A program made the position numbers and the translations under genes. From NCBI GenBank assembly GCA_035506195.1, contig DATJPV010000041.1, forward strand, positions 112-64,111: a stretch of DNA of 64,000 nucleotides. Direction: 5' to 3'. The notes below the pieces were generated by a model, which worked only from the letters and a program-made list of their open reading frames with translations, searched no databases and was not told the origin of the DNA. Origin of the DNA: Patescibacteria group bacterium (GTDB lineage Bacteria > Omnitrophota > Gorgyraeia > Gygaellales > Profunditerraquicolaceae). Positions 19,032 through 28,255 of this stretch are shown one piece after another. How positions within the stretch are numbered: position 1 is the first letter of the stretch; every line of letters starts with the position of its first letter.

Positions 19032-19625
19032 TTATTCTATAAGCCGCACATTGTCTATATAAATCGAGCCTTTATAAGCGGGCTTCATGTTCGACTCGAT
19101 ACGAACTCCCAATTTTCTGATATCCTGACGGAAGGCATCGGTTACTGCGGGATGACGCCAATCGGTACTGCCGGGTTTCAAGTGCGCGGCTATAGTCGTC
19201 CATTTGCCCGGCTCCAAGGCAAAGCCCCTGGACATCTCCGTCCACTCCCAGCCTTCGCCGACAGTAAGGATCAATTTAGCCTTCAGACCCGCCGGCGCAT
19301 CAGGCGGCAAAAACACCTCTACGGCAACCTGCGCATAAGGCGTCCAATCAAAATACTCGACAATCTCCATATACGCGCCTGTCCATTTGCCTCCGGGAAA
19401 ATCAACCTTGAATTCCAAAGAGGATTTACCTTCCACGGCGTATTTCTGGCTCAACGCAAGGCTGTCACCCACGTAATCTTCTTTTTCCATGGCCCAATCC
19501 GGGATCTCCCAACCCTGGGTGTCCTGCTCAAAGCCTGCCAACAGTTTTTCTGCGGCCAGGACTGCCGTCCGGCTCAGGCAAGCTATCAGGCATGCACCGA
19601 TGAGTACGCATACTATTTTTTTCAT
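19032..19625 (-). CDS. Small secreted protein, possibly a carbohydrate-binding module
   Basis: It has a signal peptide (MKKIVCVLIGACLIACLS) and is 198 aa, beta-rich and Trp-rich. The start ATG at 19623-19625 follows GAGGTG. The ORF-track version that extends to 19799 overlaps the upstream gene and is unlikely. Confidence 0.5.
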   Translation of the reverse strand: MKKIVCVLIGACLIACLSRTAVLAAEKLLAGFEQDTQGWEIPDWAMEKEDYVGDSLALSQKYAVEGKSSLEFKVDFPGGKWTGAYMEIVEYFDWTPYAQVAVEVFLPPDAPAGLKAKLILTVGEGWEWTEMSRGFALEPGKWTTIAAHLKPGSTDWRHPAVTDAFRQDIRKLGVRIESNMKPAYKGSIYIDNVRLIE

Positions 19626-19633
19626 ACGCACCT

Positions 19634-21349
19634 CTACTTGATCTTGTTCGTATACCAGTCGCTCAACAGGCCCTCCGCGATCTTGCCGCGAATGATAAAA
19701 CCGGTCGGATTGAACCTTTCCTGCGGGAAATACTGCCACCAATACATGCCCTTGAACCAGGTTTTGCCGACCAGGGCTTCGACCATGGCCTGAAGGCAAT
19801 CCGCCTGTTCCTGTTCATCTATCTTGACATCCGGTCCGGAGCGCGGCTTCCAGGGTTCAAGATTGGTGCCTTCGGCACTGCTATAACCTATTTCGGTAAA
19901 CACTACGGGCTTTTGCAACGATTCTTTAGCAAGCCACGTTTCGATCTTTGCCCCGATAGCACCCCAAGAATGAGTAAGCTGCTGGAGCGTCGGCTCTTTG
20001 GTTGAGGTCAGCGGAAAATATGCGTCGATGCCGATAAAATCAAGCTGCTTCCAGAATGACACATAATAATATTCGTTCCAGTTGGCCCCGTAAATAAGCG
20101 GCCCCTTATACTGCTCCTTTATCTTACCGATGATCCTGTCCCATTTGGCGGCATATCCGCCGATGGTAGCATTGGCCAGTTCCGTTCCGATGCAATATAA
20201 TTCTACGTTATAGGTGGCGGCGAACTTTGCGTATTGCACGATAAAATTCTCGTAACTGGCGAACCAATCGTCGCTGGGGTTGATGTCCCCGCGCCAGGCG
20301 CCGTCCTTGGTATCCACATGGGGCTTAAGCATTACCTTCATGCCTAATCGGTGGCAGGTATTAATCGCGTGCGCCAGCGCCTCGTCCGTGGGCGTATCTT
20401 TCTGGGTATCCGCATAGATGACTTTCGAATCGATAGTATCCTGGAACCAGGGGACCATGATGGCGATGCTCCTGACCCCCTTGGCATAGAGGTATGCCAA
20501 CGTCTTGTCGGAGGCGGCCTCTCCGAGTTCGGTGCGACCCCAGGACGTATACACGACCCCTTTCTGGAACTCTTCTACGGTCATCACTCCTAAGCCCGAT
20601 AAAGGCTCCTCCATGGTCGTACCGAGAGGCTGCTTCAGCTCTTCGGTGAAGGTCTTATGACCCGGCAAGGCCTCTTCGATAGGCCTATCATCAGGGTTAA
20701 GGTTTTTGGGGCCGTAAAATTCTACTTCCCACATGGAAATTCCCCATTCCGGATTCGCTCTTTTAAGGCCGAGTATCTTGACGTAGCGGGTAGCGACGGG
20801 CTCCAGGGGAATCTCGGCAGTGCCGCCGGACTGATCTTTGAGCACTTTCAGGCTCTGCCAGTTTTGCCCGTCATCAGAAGCAAGGATTTCATAGTCAACT
20901 GCATAACCGCGTTCCCATAATATTTTGATAAGAGTGACGGTCTTTTTCTCGCCGAAATCAAAAGATATCCATTGATTGTCTATGCCTAGCTTAGAGGCCC
21001 AGCGCGTATTCAGGTCTCCGTCCAGGGGTGCCATAGCATTTTGCGGCGGCGCCCAGTCAGGGGTATCGTCAAAAGAAGATGTCGTTACTGCCTGAACCTT
21101 CAAATAAACCAGGTCGCTGGGAGTCTGCGTTGTCGGTTCTGGAGCTGCCTGCGACTCTACCGCTCGTTGCTGGCCTGCCGGCTCCCTGGCTGCTTGCGGT
21201 TGTGTCGTTTGTTGTTGGTCTAGCGGTGCTTGAGTTTTCTGCGTTTCGGTTGTCTGTTGCTGCGCTGCCTGTTCCTGAGCCGCACGAGTGCAGCTGGCCG
21301 ACATAAGTACCAAAAACGCCAGTAACCAAATCCTTTGTTTTTTCAACAT
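19634..21349 (-). CDS. Secreted F5/8 type C (discoidin/CBM32-like) domain plus clan GH-A glycoside hydrolase domain, a paralog of the 16613..19021 domains
   Basis: A signal peptide is followed by a Gln/Thr-rich low-complexity linker and a discoidin-like block (NTRWASKLGIDNQWISFDFGEKKTVTLIKILWERGYAVDYEIL). The catalytic domain carries CIGTELA and VFTEIGY motifs. Confidence 0.7.
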   Translation of the reverse strand: MLKKQRIWLLAFLVLMSASCTRAAQEQAAQQQTTETQKTQAPLDQQQTTQPQAAREPAGQQRAVESQAAPEPTTQTPSDLVYLKVQAVTTSSFDDTPDWAPPQNAMAPLDGDLNTRWASKLGIDNQWISFDFGEKKTVTLIKILWERGYAVDYEILASDDGQNWQSLKVLKDQSGGTAEIPLEPVATRYVKILGLKRANPEWGISMWEVEFYGPKNLNPDDRPIEEALPGHKTFTEELKQPLGTTMEEPLSGLGVMTVEEFQKGVVYTSWGRTELGEAASDKTLAYLYAKGVRSIAIMVPWFQDTIDSKVIYADTQKDTPTDEALAHAINTCHRLGMKVMLKPHVDTKDGAWRGDINPSDDWFASYENFIVQYAKFAATYNVELYCIGTELANATIGGYAAKWDRIIGKIKEQYKGPLIYGANWNEYYYVSFWKQLDFIGIDAYFPLTSTKEPTLQQLTHSWGAIGAKIETWLAKESLQKPVVFTEIGYSSAEGTNLEPWKPRSGPDVKIDEQEQADCLQAMVEALVGKTWFKGMYWWQYFPQERFNPTGFIIRGKIAEGLLSDWYTNKIK

Positions 21350-21365
21350 CTTTAAAATCCTCCCA

Positions 21366-21412
21366 AAAAATAGGCCAGATTCTCCTTGTCCTACAAATCT
21401 GGCCTTATCTGC
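21366..21412 (-). terminator. Candidate intrinsic terminator after the PMM/PMI gene
   Basis: On the minus strand there is a hairpin AGGCCAGAT-(15 nt)-ATCTGGCCT with a 9-bp stem. It is followed by AUUUUUUGGGAGGAUUUUAAAG and then the ATG of the 19634..21349 gene. The U-tract therefore runs directly into the next gene's GGGAGGA ribosome-binding site. Confidence 0.35.
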
Positions 21413-21507
21413 GACCCGAAATTTGGCCTTCTCTGTCTGTACAGGTTCATTAATTATAGCAAAACGCTCTTAAAAAGTCAAGTCGGATAACTTATCTGGC
21501 AGACCCG

Positions 21508-24294
21508 TCAAACCGGCGTAAAAATATCCAAAAGCTGCGCCTGGGTATCGGACAATACCGAAAAACTCCCCGAAGAAGCCGGAACCAAAAGCATCTCTGA
21601 GCCGGCCTTAGCCTCGGGAATAGGAAATTTCTTGCCTGCGATAACCAGGTGTGCCCGGCCCTTTATAATTACCAGCATATGGCAACTCTTCACGTTCTCA
21701 TTCAAATATTTTTCATTCGCAGGGATCGTGATCCGGTTAACCTGCATACCCTTTGCCTCAAAGCCGCCCGGCAATCTCTCGACCGATACGCCCCCCCGGG
21801 TATCGACAAGCTGGCTATCCCCCGGAGTCCATTTTTTTGTGCATATTTCGCCTATCCTGTCCAAATCCAGCTTCTTCTTTCCTGACGCAACGGGATAATC
21901 CGGGAAAAAATACCTGACCGGATATGTCGCGCCATCCTCCAAGGACTGTGTCGGGCCGGGTATCTGGGGTTCAACTATGGTAATGCCCGGGCCTAAGGCA
22001 TGCAGCGTGCCCTGAGGCACCGGGATAACATCCCCGATATCCACGGGTACGTGGTGGTAAAAACCGTCCAACGCCTGTTGCGCTTTTAGAAATACTTTCA
22101 ATTTGCCGCTGACGGCTTCATCTTTCCTCTTTAAGCCCTCTGCCGCCTCGACAACATTTCCTGCTTCTTCCAATTCTTTTTCGAAACCGCTTTTTTCAAG
22201 ATATGCGATAAGCTCATTTAAAAGTTTTCCATAATTTCTCAATGCCTTTTCATATTCTTCTTTTATGCGTTCTCCGTATGCGTCAATCAACGAAGGACTG
22301 AATCCGCAAATAAGGGAGGGGTGCGAGCCTGCCGTTTCTTTATGTATCCCCGTAACCACCCATAGCTCATTCTTCTTATCATGAAATTGAACCGATAGGC
22401 GCCCCTTAGGGGTCAATATCTTTACCAGCGGAAGGAATGTGCCGAATTTCTCGATAACTGATTCGCCTAAAAGATCGACGCCTGCATCGGCAAGCAATTG
22501 ATCCATCGGGATCAAGCCTTCCCGAATAACTCCCAGCGAACTTTTCTCTCCGGCCTCGGCTCCGTACCAATATTCGCCGATACCTCCAACTCCCCATACC
22601 TTCTTTTCTTTATAAGGCTTTATGTATAAAGGGGTCCCGGCCTTTACTAAATCTATCAGAGAAACGATCTCAACCAGTTTCGGGATTACCTTCGCAAGGC
22701 CTATCCGGACCATATCCCTGGTTCGCTCCTGCGAATCCGCAATGGCATAATTCCTGAATTCCGGCGCATTGCCGGAAGGCCTCAGGTGCGAGATCTCGCC
22801 GTTATCGAAGAATATTCTTATGCCGTCTGTATAATTTACATCCGCGACTTTTCCAAAACCATCGTCATGCAAAAATACTTTTTCTATTCTCTTTTTTATT
22901 TTTCCCAGTTCTTTTGCGTCGTTAAGATCTCCGGGGGTTAGATAATCGATTATGGCCCTGCTCGTTCCCATAGGAAACTCTTTTTCTCTATCTGCGTGCG
23001 TGAACCTTGAGGGAAGCGTCTTTATCAGTTCCGAAACGTTCTTTCCGCTTTTTGCGATCAAATGTATAACGCTTACAAGAGGAAGCACCGCATCTCTGGT
23101 GGGCAGCGCTTTAAGGGTTTTACCTGCGATGGCAAGGTCGGTTCCTGTCAGAAATCCGCCGTTTGATTCCCATGCAAACACATTCCATTCACCTGCATGG
23201 CTGCCGATAGAATCATTCATTGCCGCAATGACAAAAGGGGACCCTATCTTGGTCAAGGTCAATACGATGCCTTTATTCCTGCAGACCTTGGCGATAGCAT
23301 CATTGGCGCTTACGGGCACGCAGACGGCATCTACCCGGACATGTAAATTCTGTAAACCCAATATGGCAAGCAACCCCAGGATATCGCCGGATATATATGT
23401 AACATTGTCCGTCGGCTTGCCGTTTTCGTATTCCCGGTAAACCAGGAGCGGCCTATCCGAATCACCGTCTAATGTTATCCCGATATCAAGGTTATTATCT
23501 ACGAGGACCTTCTTAAAGATACCCAAGGTCTTATCGGAAACGCTTTCGGTATCGACCGGGACAAACTCGCTACTTCTTAAGGGCTCGTTGTGTATCCGGA
23601 TGTCGGGAGCAAAGACCTCCGCGCCTAAGCCTTCAAAAATGTCTCTTACTATATCCCTGCCTACGGCAGAGTGCTGGTAGAGAAATATCTTTGTCCCTTT
23701 CGGAAAAAAAACGTTGCCGAACACGCTTCTATACCTATCTATATAGAACTGACAGGACTCGCCTGTATAGCACTCATCCTTTAAGAGCCCCTGATACTTA
23801 GACTCAAACGCTGCCTTAAAAGTTCCCTTATTGTCGAAGACCGATCCTTCTTGTGCAGCAGAATAGACTTTCAGCCTCTCTTTTCTGACGTTTTCCAGGA
23901 TGCCCGACTCATCCGATTTTAATATCTCTCCCGAGCGCTTGGTAAACTTTATGCCGTTCCTATCCGCCGGTATATGGCTGCCGGTAACCATAATGCTGGC
24001 CATCGCATTGCACATGGCATAATAAGCCAGGGCCGGGCTGGGGACCTGGCCCTGGTCGCTTACCTTGCCCCCCATATCGGCAATAGCGGCAGCAACAGAC
24101 CTTTTTATCCTATACGTGCTGGGCCTCCTGTCTCCACCTATGGCGACGGTATCGCCCTTCTTGAATTCTCCGGAATCCTGGAGATATGCGATAAAACCCC
24201 TTGCATTGATATAGCATTCCATATCGGTCATATGTTCGACCGTGTCTCTCAATCCGCTCGTGCCGAATTTCAATTCGTTGACTTTCGCATTCAT
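21508..24294 (-). CDS. Bifunctional fusion of a phosphomannomutase/phosphoglucomutase (alpha-D-phosphohexomutase) domain with a C-terminal type I mannose-6-phosphate isomerase (cupin) domain
   Basis: The N-terminal roughly 560 aa carry the phosphohexomutase active-site loop (FGTSGLRD near the start, GGDRRPS). The C-terminal roughly 370 aa form a PMI-type cupin with QFHDKKNELW...H metal ligands. The start was set at MNAKVNELKFGTSGLR. The ATG at 24318 is an alternative. Confidence 0.75.
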   Translation of the reverse strand: MNAKVNELKFGTSGLRDTVEHMTDMECYINARGFIAYLQDSGEFKKGDTVAIGGDRRPSTYRIKRSVAAAIADMGGKVSDQGQVPSPALAYYAMCNAMASIMVTGSHIPADRNGIKFTKRSGEILKSDESGILENVRKERLKVYSAAQEGSVFDNKGTFKAAFESKYQGLLKDECYTGESCQFYIDRYRSVFGNVFFPKGTKIFLYQHSAVGRDIVRDIFEGLGAEVFAPDIRIHNEPLRSSEFVPVDTESVSDKTLGIFKKVLVDNNLDIGITLDGDSDRPLLVYREYENGKPTDNVTYISGDILGLLAILGLQNLHVRVDAVCVPVSANDAIAKVCRNKGIVLTLTKIGSPFVIAAMNDSIGSHAGEWNVFAWESNGGFLTGTDLAIAGKTLKALPTRDAVLPLVSVIHLIAKSGKNVSELIKTLPSRFTHADREKEFPMGTSRAIIDYLTPGDLNDAKELGKIKKRIEKVFLHDDGFGKVADVNYTDGIRIFFDNGEISHLRPSGNAPEFRNYAIADSQERTRDMVRIGLAKVIPKLVEIVSLIDLVKAGTPLYIKPYKEKKVWGVGGIGEYWYGAEAGEKSSLGVIREGLIPMDQLLADAGVDLLGESVIEKFGTFLPLVKILTPKGRLSVQFHDKKNELWVVTGIHKETAGSHPSLICGFSPSLIDAYGERIKEEYEKALRNYGKLLNELIAYLEKSGFEKELEEAGNVVEAAEGLKRKDEAVSGKLKVFLKAQQALDGFYHHVPVDIGDVIPVPQGTLHALGPGITIVEPQIPGPTQSLEDGATYPVRYFFPDYPVASGKKKLDLDRIGEICTKKWTPGDSQLVDTRGGVSVERLPGGFEAKGMQVNRITIPANEKYLNENVKSCHMLVIIKGRAHLVIAGKKFPIPEAKAGSEMLLVPASSGSFSVLSDTQAQLLDIFTPV

Positions 24295-24383
24295 CTCCGC
24301 AGCCCTACAGCTATACACGCATGGAATTCAAACATTGGAACATTATATCAGATTTGTTTGTAAAACCCAAAGGCGAAAAAAAC

Positions 24384-24414
24384 TTGTACCGCACACCTTA
24401 AAAAGGTGTACAAT
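24384..24414 (+). promoter_or_regulatory. Candidate sigma70-type promoter for the PfkB kinase gene, overlapping an inverted repeat
   Basis: TTGTAC (24384-24389) and TACAAT (24409-24414) are separated by 19 bp. The GTG start at 24469 lies 55 nt downstream with AAGGAG at 24455-24460. The flanking sequence GTACCGCACACC ... GGTGTACAATGGTAC forms an imperfect inverted repeat. Confidence 0.3.
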
Positions 24415-24468
24415 GGTACCGCTCAATTTCCTTGCGGGAAAGGGCCTTTTTAGCAAAGGAGCTTATCG

Positions 24469-25755
24469 GTGGACATCGAAGGCGTAGTATCAAAGAATCT
24501 TGGCATACGCAAGCTTACGGGGCCTGCGTTGAGAGAAGCCGTAGCGTATCATAATAACCGCCTTCCCGATGCTGCGAAGAGGCGCATAAACCGTGAAATC
24601 GCCCATTGCGTCATAAAAGCCGTAAGGGCCGCAAGGGGCAAGAAAAAATACGAAGGCATGGGGAAAATGGAGTCTTTGCCGGGCACTAAAGTACTGGCGA
24701 TCAATCATGCCGGCCCCCTTGATGTGACGATCGAATGGAAAACCCAAGCCGACGGTACCCTCAAACCTGCAGGATGCCACCTAGATTCAGGAGGAGACCA
24801 GATCAACGTGTCAAAGGTATTCAGCCACTTTAAGGAACCCATTGCGCTGGTGGCGCTCGCAGGAAAAGAAGGAGAAGAAATTACGGATGAATGGGAAAGG
24901 AATTTTTTGAACCCCGGCATAATCCCCGCGCTGATCCGCACCACCCAAGAAGACCAGCAGGTGGAAGTGTATAACATGATTGACGGCGATACGCTTCCCG
25001 GAATGCACGGATGGGCGGATGAGCTATCGTCACACACAGTAGAGCGCATCAACCGGGAAGCCTTGGCAATGCTTGAGCAGATGCGCAGAAACGGATCCGG
25101 CAACATCTGGATGGTCCTTTCGGCGGGAGGGCCCGTGCGGTATAACGCGGATCTTGCCTATTATGCAACGCTCGTAAAACAAGTAAAAAAAGAATACCGG
25201 GACAAGGTGAAATTACTGATCGATTTCAAGTCCATGTCCGACCCCCAAGAGGCCATGTCGGTTTTGGACATCCCCAGGCGCAAGCCGCAGGACATAATCA
25301 AACCGAACCTGGAAGAATTCATCCAAGTCTTGATCTCAAGCGGTTTGGCGCAAACGGGTAAAATAAACAGGGATACGCTGACCGAAGAGTCTGTTAAAAC
25401 GCACGCGATTGCGTTGAGAAAAAAATTTAATCTTCTAGGGGTGCTTGTTTCGATGGATAAATCCGGATTGATCATGGTTACGCAAGACCGGATCATCAAA
25501 GAAAAGGGCATCAAGATACGGCAGGCATGTCACACCGCCGCCGGAGACTCGCTCAAGGCGGGAGTCCTTTACGCGCTTTCTAACGGAAAGTCGTTTGAAG
25601 AGGCCGTGCACACCGGGAATCTCTTTGGGGCTTCAACGGCTTCTATGGAAGGCTCTCAAACTGTCACGCCCCGGAGGTTTACGAAAATAAAGACCTTGGC
25701 GCGCACGCAACGCGTCAAGCCGCAAGTCGAATATGTAGCAAGCGCAAAACGGTAA
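24469..25755 (+). CDS. PfkB family carbohydrate kinase (FruK/LacC-like subfamily)
   Basis: The ribokinase fold shows NHAGPLDVT near the N-terminus and the anion-hole/catalytic motif HTAAGDSLKAG (DTxGAGD-like) near the C-terminus. The GTG start at 24469 has a good Shine-Dalgarno. Shorter starts at 24658 or 24667 are possible. Confidence 0.7.
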   Translation: MDIEGVVSKNLGIRKLTGPALREAVAYHNNRLPDAAKRRINREIAHCVIKAVRAARGKKKYEGMGKMESLPGTKVLAINHAGPLDVTIEWKTQADGTLKPAGCHLDSGGDQINVSKVFSHFKEPIALVALAGKEGEEITDEWERNFLNPGIIPALIRTTQEDQQVEVYNMIDGDTLPGMHGWADELSSHTVERINREALAMLEQMRRNGSGNIWMVLSAGGPVRYNADLAYYATLVKQVKKEYRDKVKLLIDFKSMSDPQEAMSVLDIPRRKPQDIIKPNLEEFIQVLISSGLAQTGKINRDTLTEESVKTHAIALRKKFNLLGVLVSMDKSGLIMVTQDRIIKEKGIKIRQACHTAAGDSLKAGVLYALSNGKSFEEAVHTGNLFGASTASMEGSQTVTPRRFTKIKTLARTQRVKPQVEYVASAKR

Positions 25756-25756
25756 C

Positions 25757-27211
25757 TTACACCGTACCCCTGCGCGCTTCGAGGCTCCTGCGGATCTCTT
25801 CGATCTTTTGTCTTGTCAAGGGTACGCGCAAAACAAAAATGATCGCGACGATCAGGCCCAGGACGGGCAACGAAGCCAGGCTGAAACGGATCCAGAAGAT
25901 GGTCTCGGGTGCCTGCACCTTGAGCTTCCAGGTAAATCCCGCCCAGGTCAGAATAAGGCCGGAAAAATAGTACCCGAAGGAATTCCCCAGCTTAAGAATA
26001 TAGGAAGCGCAGGCAGTAAAAGAACCTTCCCTTCTCTTCCCTGTTTTGAGCTCATCGTAATCGATGATATCGGCGCCGATAGAGCTATGCAGCATCCACA
26101 GAGACGCCGCGGCCATCCCCATTAAACCCGAAGAGATCGTCTGCAGCCAGATAACCGCCGGCGTATACAAGAACCAGGAGCCGGCATAGCCACAGATGCC
26201 TACGATACAGGCCACCACTGCCGCCTCGCGTTTTCCGATCCGGTGCGACAGAGACGCATGCACAGGAACGCCGATAAGGCCGCCGAGCATAAAGGCCACG
26301 CCCATCCAAAACTGCCAGTTATCTCCGATGATCTTGTCGCCGCCGGCTACGTAAAAAACCGTGGCATAGTAACCGAGGGAACCTACCATGCTCGTGCCTA
26401 AGGTAAAAGCGCCGCCCATGACCATCATCTGGCGGAACGGGTGGCAGCGGAGAGTCTCGCCCAGGCCGCTCAAAACGGAGATCTTCTCTTTAACCTTTAC
26501 CACCACTTTTTCGTAGTAACGTTCTTTGACCCTGAAGAAAATGATGACGGCAAAAATAGCCATGACCACGCCCAATATCGCGGTGTAGACCTGCATCCCC
26601 AAAAGGGTATTCTTCTGCCCTGTCCCCGGGATAAGAAACCAGGCCAGGTTGGTAAAACGCAGGGCATAGAAATTGCCCAGCTCAGAGATCTTTTGGGCTA
26701 CGCTGCGATAAGACATGATCGAGGTGCGCTCCTCATAATCGGGAGACATCTCCGCGCCCAAGCTGTAATACGGCACGGTGAAGGCGCTGACTATGGGCAT
26801 ATACACCATGGTGGATAATAACATATACCAGAATACCGCAGAGACCCCGAGGAATTTTATCTCCGCCCAAGAAGGCGATATTAAAAATAGGACCGGCAGA
26901 CACAGCCCGCTGATAATGCCGGCAATCAGAATAAAAGGCCTGCGGCGGCCGTGCCTGGAGCGCAAATTATCGGAAAACCACCCCATTAAGGGATCGGCAA
27001 AGGCATCCCAGACTCGGATCAGGGTAAGCGCCAAACCCACTAGCCAGGGTTGAACCCCCAAGTACAGGTTAAAGACCGCGAACGCAACGGACGGGTATAA
27101 CCAGAGTCCCCACATATCAACGGCCGTACCGAGGCTATAGGCCGCTTTGGTTGAAATCGGAAGACGATCCCGCTGGAGCTTCTTTCCACTAACAACATTA
27201 GCTTCTTGCAT
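25757..27211 (-). CDS. Glycoside-pentoside-hexuronide (GPH):cation symporter family sugar transporter (MFS)
   Basis: The GPH signature D-x-x-x-DP-x-x-G-x-x-SD-x-x-R-S-R-x-G-R-R-R-P is present as VWDAFADPLMGWFSDNLRSRHGRRRP. About 12 TM helices. The start ATG at 27209-27211 follows GGAAGGAG. Confidence 0.85.
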   Translation of the reverse strand: MQEANVVSGKKLQRDRLPISTKAAYSLGTAVDMWGLWLYPSVAFAVFNLYLGVQPWLVGLALTLIRVWDAFADPLMGWFSDNLRSRHGRRRPFILIAGIISGLCLPVLFLISPSWAEIKFLGVSAVFWYMLLSTMVYMPIVSAFTVPYYSLGAEMSPDYEERTSIMSYRSVAQKISELGNFYALRFTNLAWFLIPGTGQKNTLLGMQVYTAILGVVMAIFAVIIFFRVKERYYEKVVVKVKEKISVLSGLGETLRCHPFRQMMVMGGAFTLGTSMVGSLGYYATVFYVAGGDKIIGDNWQFWMGVAFMLGGLIGVPVHASLSHRIGKREAAVVACIVGICGYAGSWFLYTPAVIWLQTISSGLMGMAAASLWMLHSSIGADIIDYDELKTGKRREGSFTACASYILKLGNSFGYYFSGLILTWAGFTWKLKVQAPETIFWIRFSLASLPVLGLIVAIIFVLRVPLTRQKIEEIRRSLEARRGTV

Positions 27212-27279
27212 TGTGCTTTCTCCTTCCGCAGTGGCGGACACCAGCCTATCCGATAAGGCTGGGTGTAACAAATAACAAA

Positions 27280-28221
27280 TTACCGATTATAACAGGCGTC
27301 GATAAGCCGCTCTACGCTCGTAGTGGCCACGCATTGAACCGTATCAGCGCCGCCGTAATACAGTTTGATCTCGCCGTCATCTTCCACCACGGCCCCGCAG
27401 GTAAACACGACGCTGGGGGTCTGTCCTACGAGCTCATATTGCTCCTCGGGAATCAAGATCGCATCTTCGCTCATTGCCTTGACTTTTGACGGGTCGTTTA
27501 GGTCCAGGAGGCAAACGCCTAATTGATACACAAAATGCGCCCGGCATTGCGTACGCACTCCGTGAAAAATGGTCAACCATCCTTCGGGTGTCCTGATGGG
27601 GGTGGCCCCCGGCCCGATCTTTACCCAGGCCCAACGGATTCCCTCCCAGTTCCTGAATACGCATTTACTCTTCCCCCAAAAGACCAGGTCCGGAGAATAG
27701 GAAACCCAAATATCCCCGGTATCGGATCCGGTATTGGGCCGGTCAAGGCGCGCATACAATCCGTTGATCTTTTCCGGGAAAAGCACCCCATTACGGTTAT
27801 CGGTTTCGGAAATGAACCCCATCCATTGGAATTTCTTAAAGTCCTCGGTCTTGACCAGGCTTAAACGGCAGGTATGGCCGGAGTGCGCGGCATGAACAAT
27901 ATAATAGGCGTCGCCTACCTTGGTTACGCGCGGATCGTAGTACATACCGCAGGTATACTCCTTGAACTCCGGATCGTCATGGGGCAAATCTATGGGCTTG
28001 GAGCGCGGCTTAAAGTGGTAACCGTCCGCGCTCTCCGCGATCCAGAAACGGTCAAGCAAAGCGGAATTCTCCACCCGGCAGACCATTGTATAGACGTCGT
28101 TGCATTTCACGATGCCGGAGTTGAATACATTTTTGATATCGGCCTCGGCGGGAAAATCCTTGCCCGTCAGAATGGGATTTTTCTCATACCGCTTGCATAT
28201 GGGGTATTTGTTTGCTTTCAT
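27280..28221 (-). CDS. GH130 family beta-mannoside phosphorylase (for example 4-O-beta-D-mannosyl-D-glucose or beta-1,4-mannooligosaccharide phosphorylase)
   Basis: Five-bladed beta-propeller motifs are present: YEKNPILTG near the N-terminus, VFNSGIV, YYIVHAAHSG, FPEKINGLYARLDRP, KIGPGATPIRTPEGWL. The start ATG at 28219-28221 follows AAGGAGAGGG. Confidence 0.85.
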   Translation of the reverse strand: MKANKYPICKRYEKNPILTGKDFPAEADIKNVFNSGIVKCNDVYTMVCRVENSALLDRFWIAESADGYHFKPRSKPIDLPHDDPEFKEYTCGMYYDPRVTKVGDAYYIVHAAHSGHTCRLSLVKTEDFKKFQWMGFISETDNRNGVLFPEKINGLYARLDRPNTGSDTGDIWVSYSPDLVFWGKSKCVFRNWEGIRWAWVKIGPGATPIRTPEGWLTIFHGVRTQCRAHFVYQLGVCLLDLNDPSKVKAMSEDAILIPEEQYELVGQTPSVVFTCGAVVEDDGEIKLYYGGADTVQCVATTSVERLIDACYNR

Positions 28222-28255
28222 GTCCGATTCCCTCTCCTTGTGTGCGCTGCTGTTG

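Noticed and set aside
19626-19799. Longer version of the small secreted protein ORF (start at 19799)
   Set aside because: It overlaps the 3' end of the upstream gene by about 165 nt. A proper signal peptide begins at the internal ATG (19625), which has a GAGGTG ribosome-binding site.
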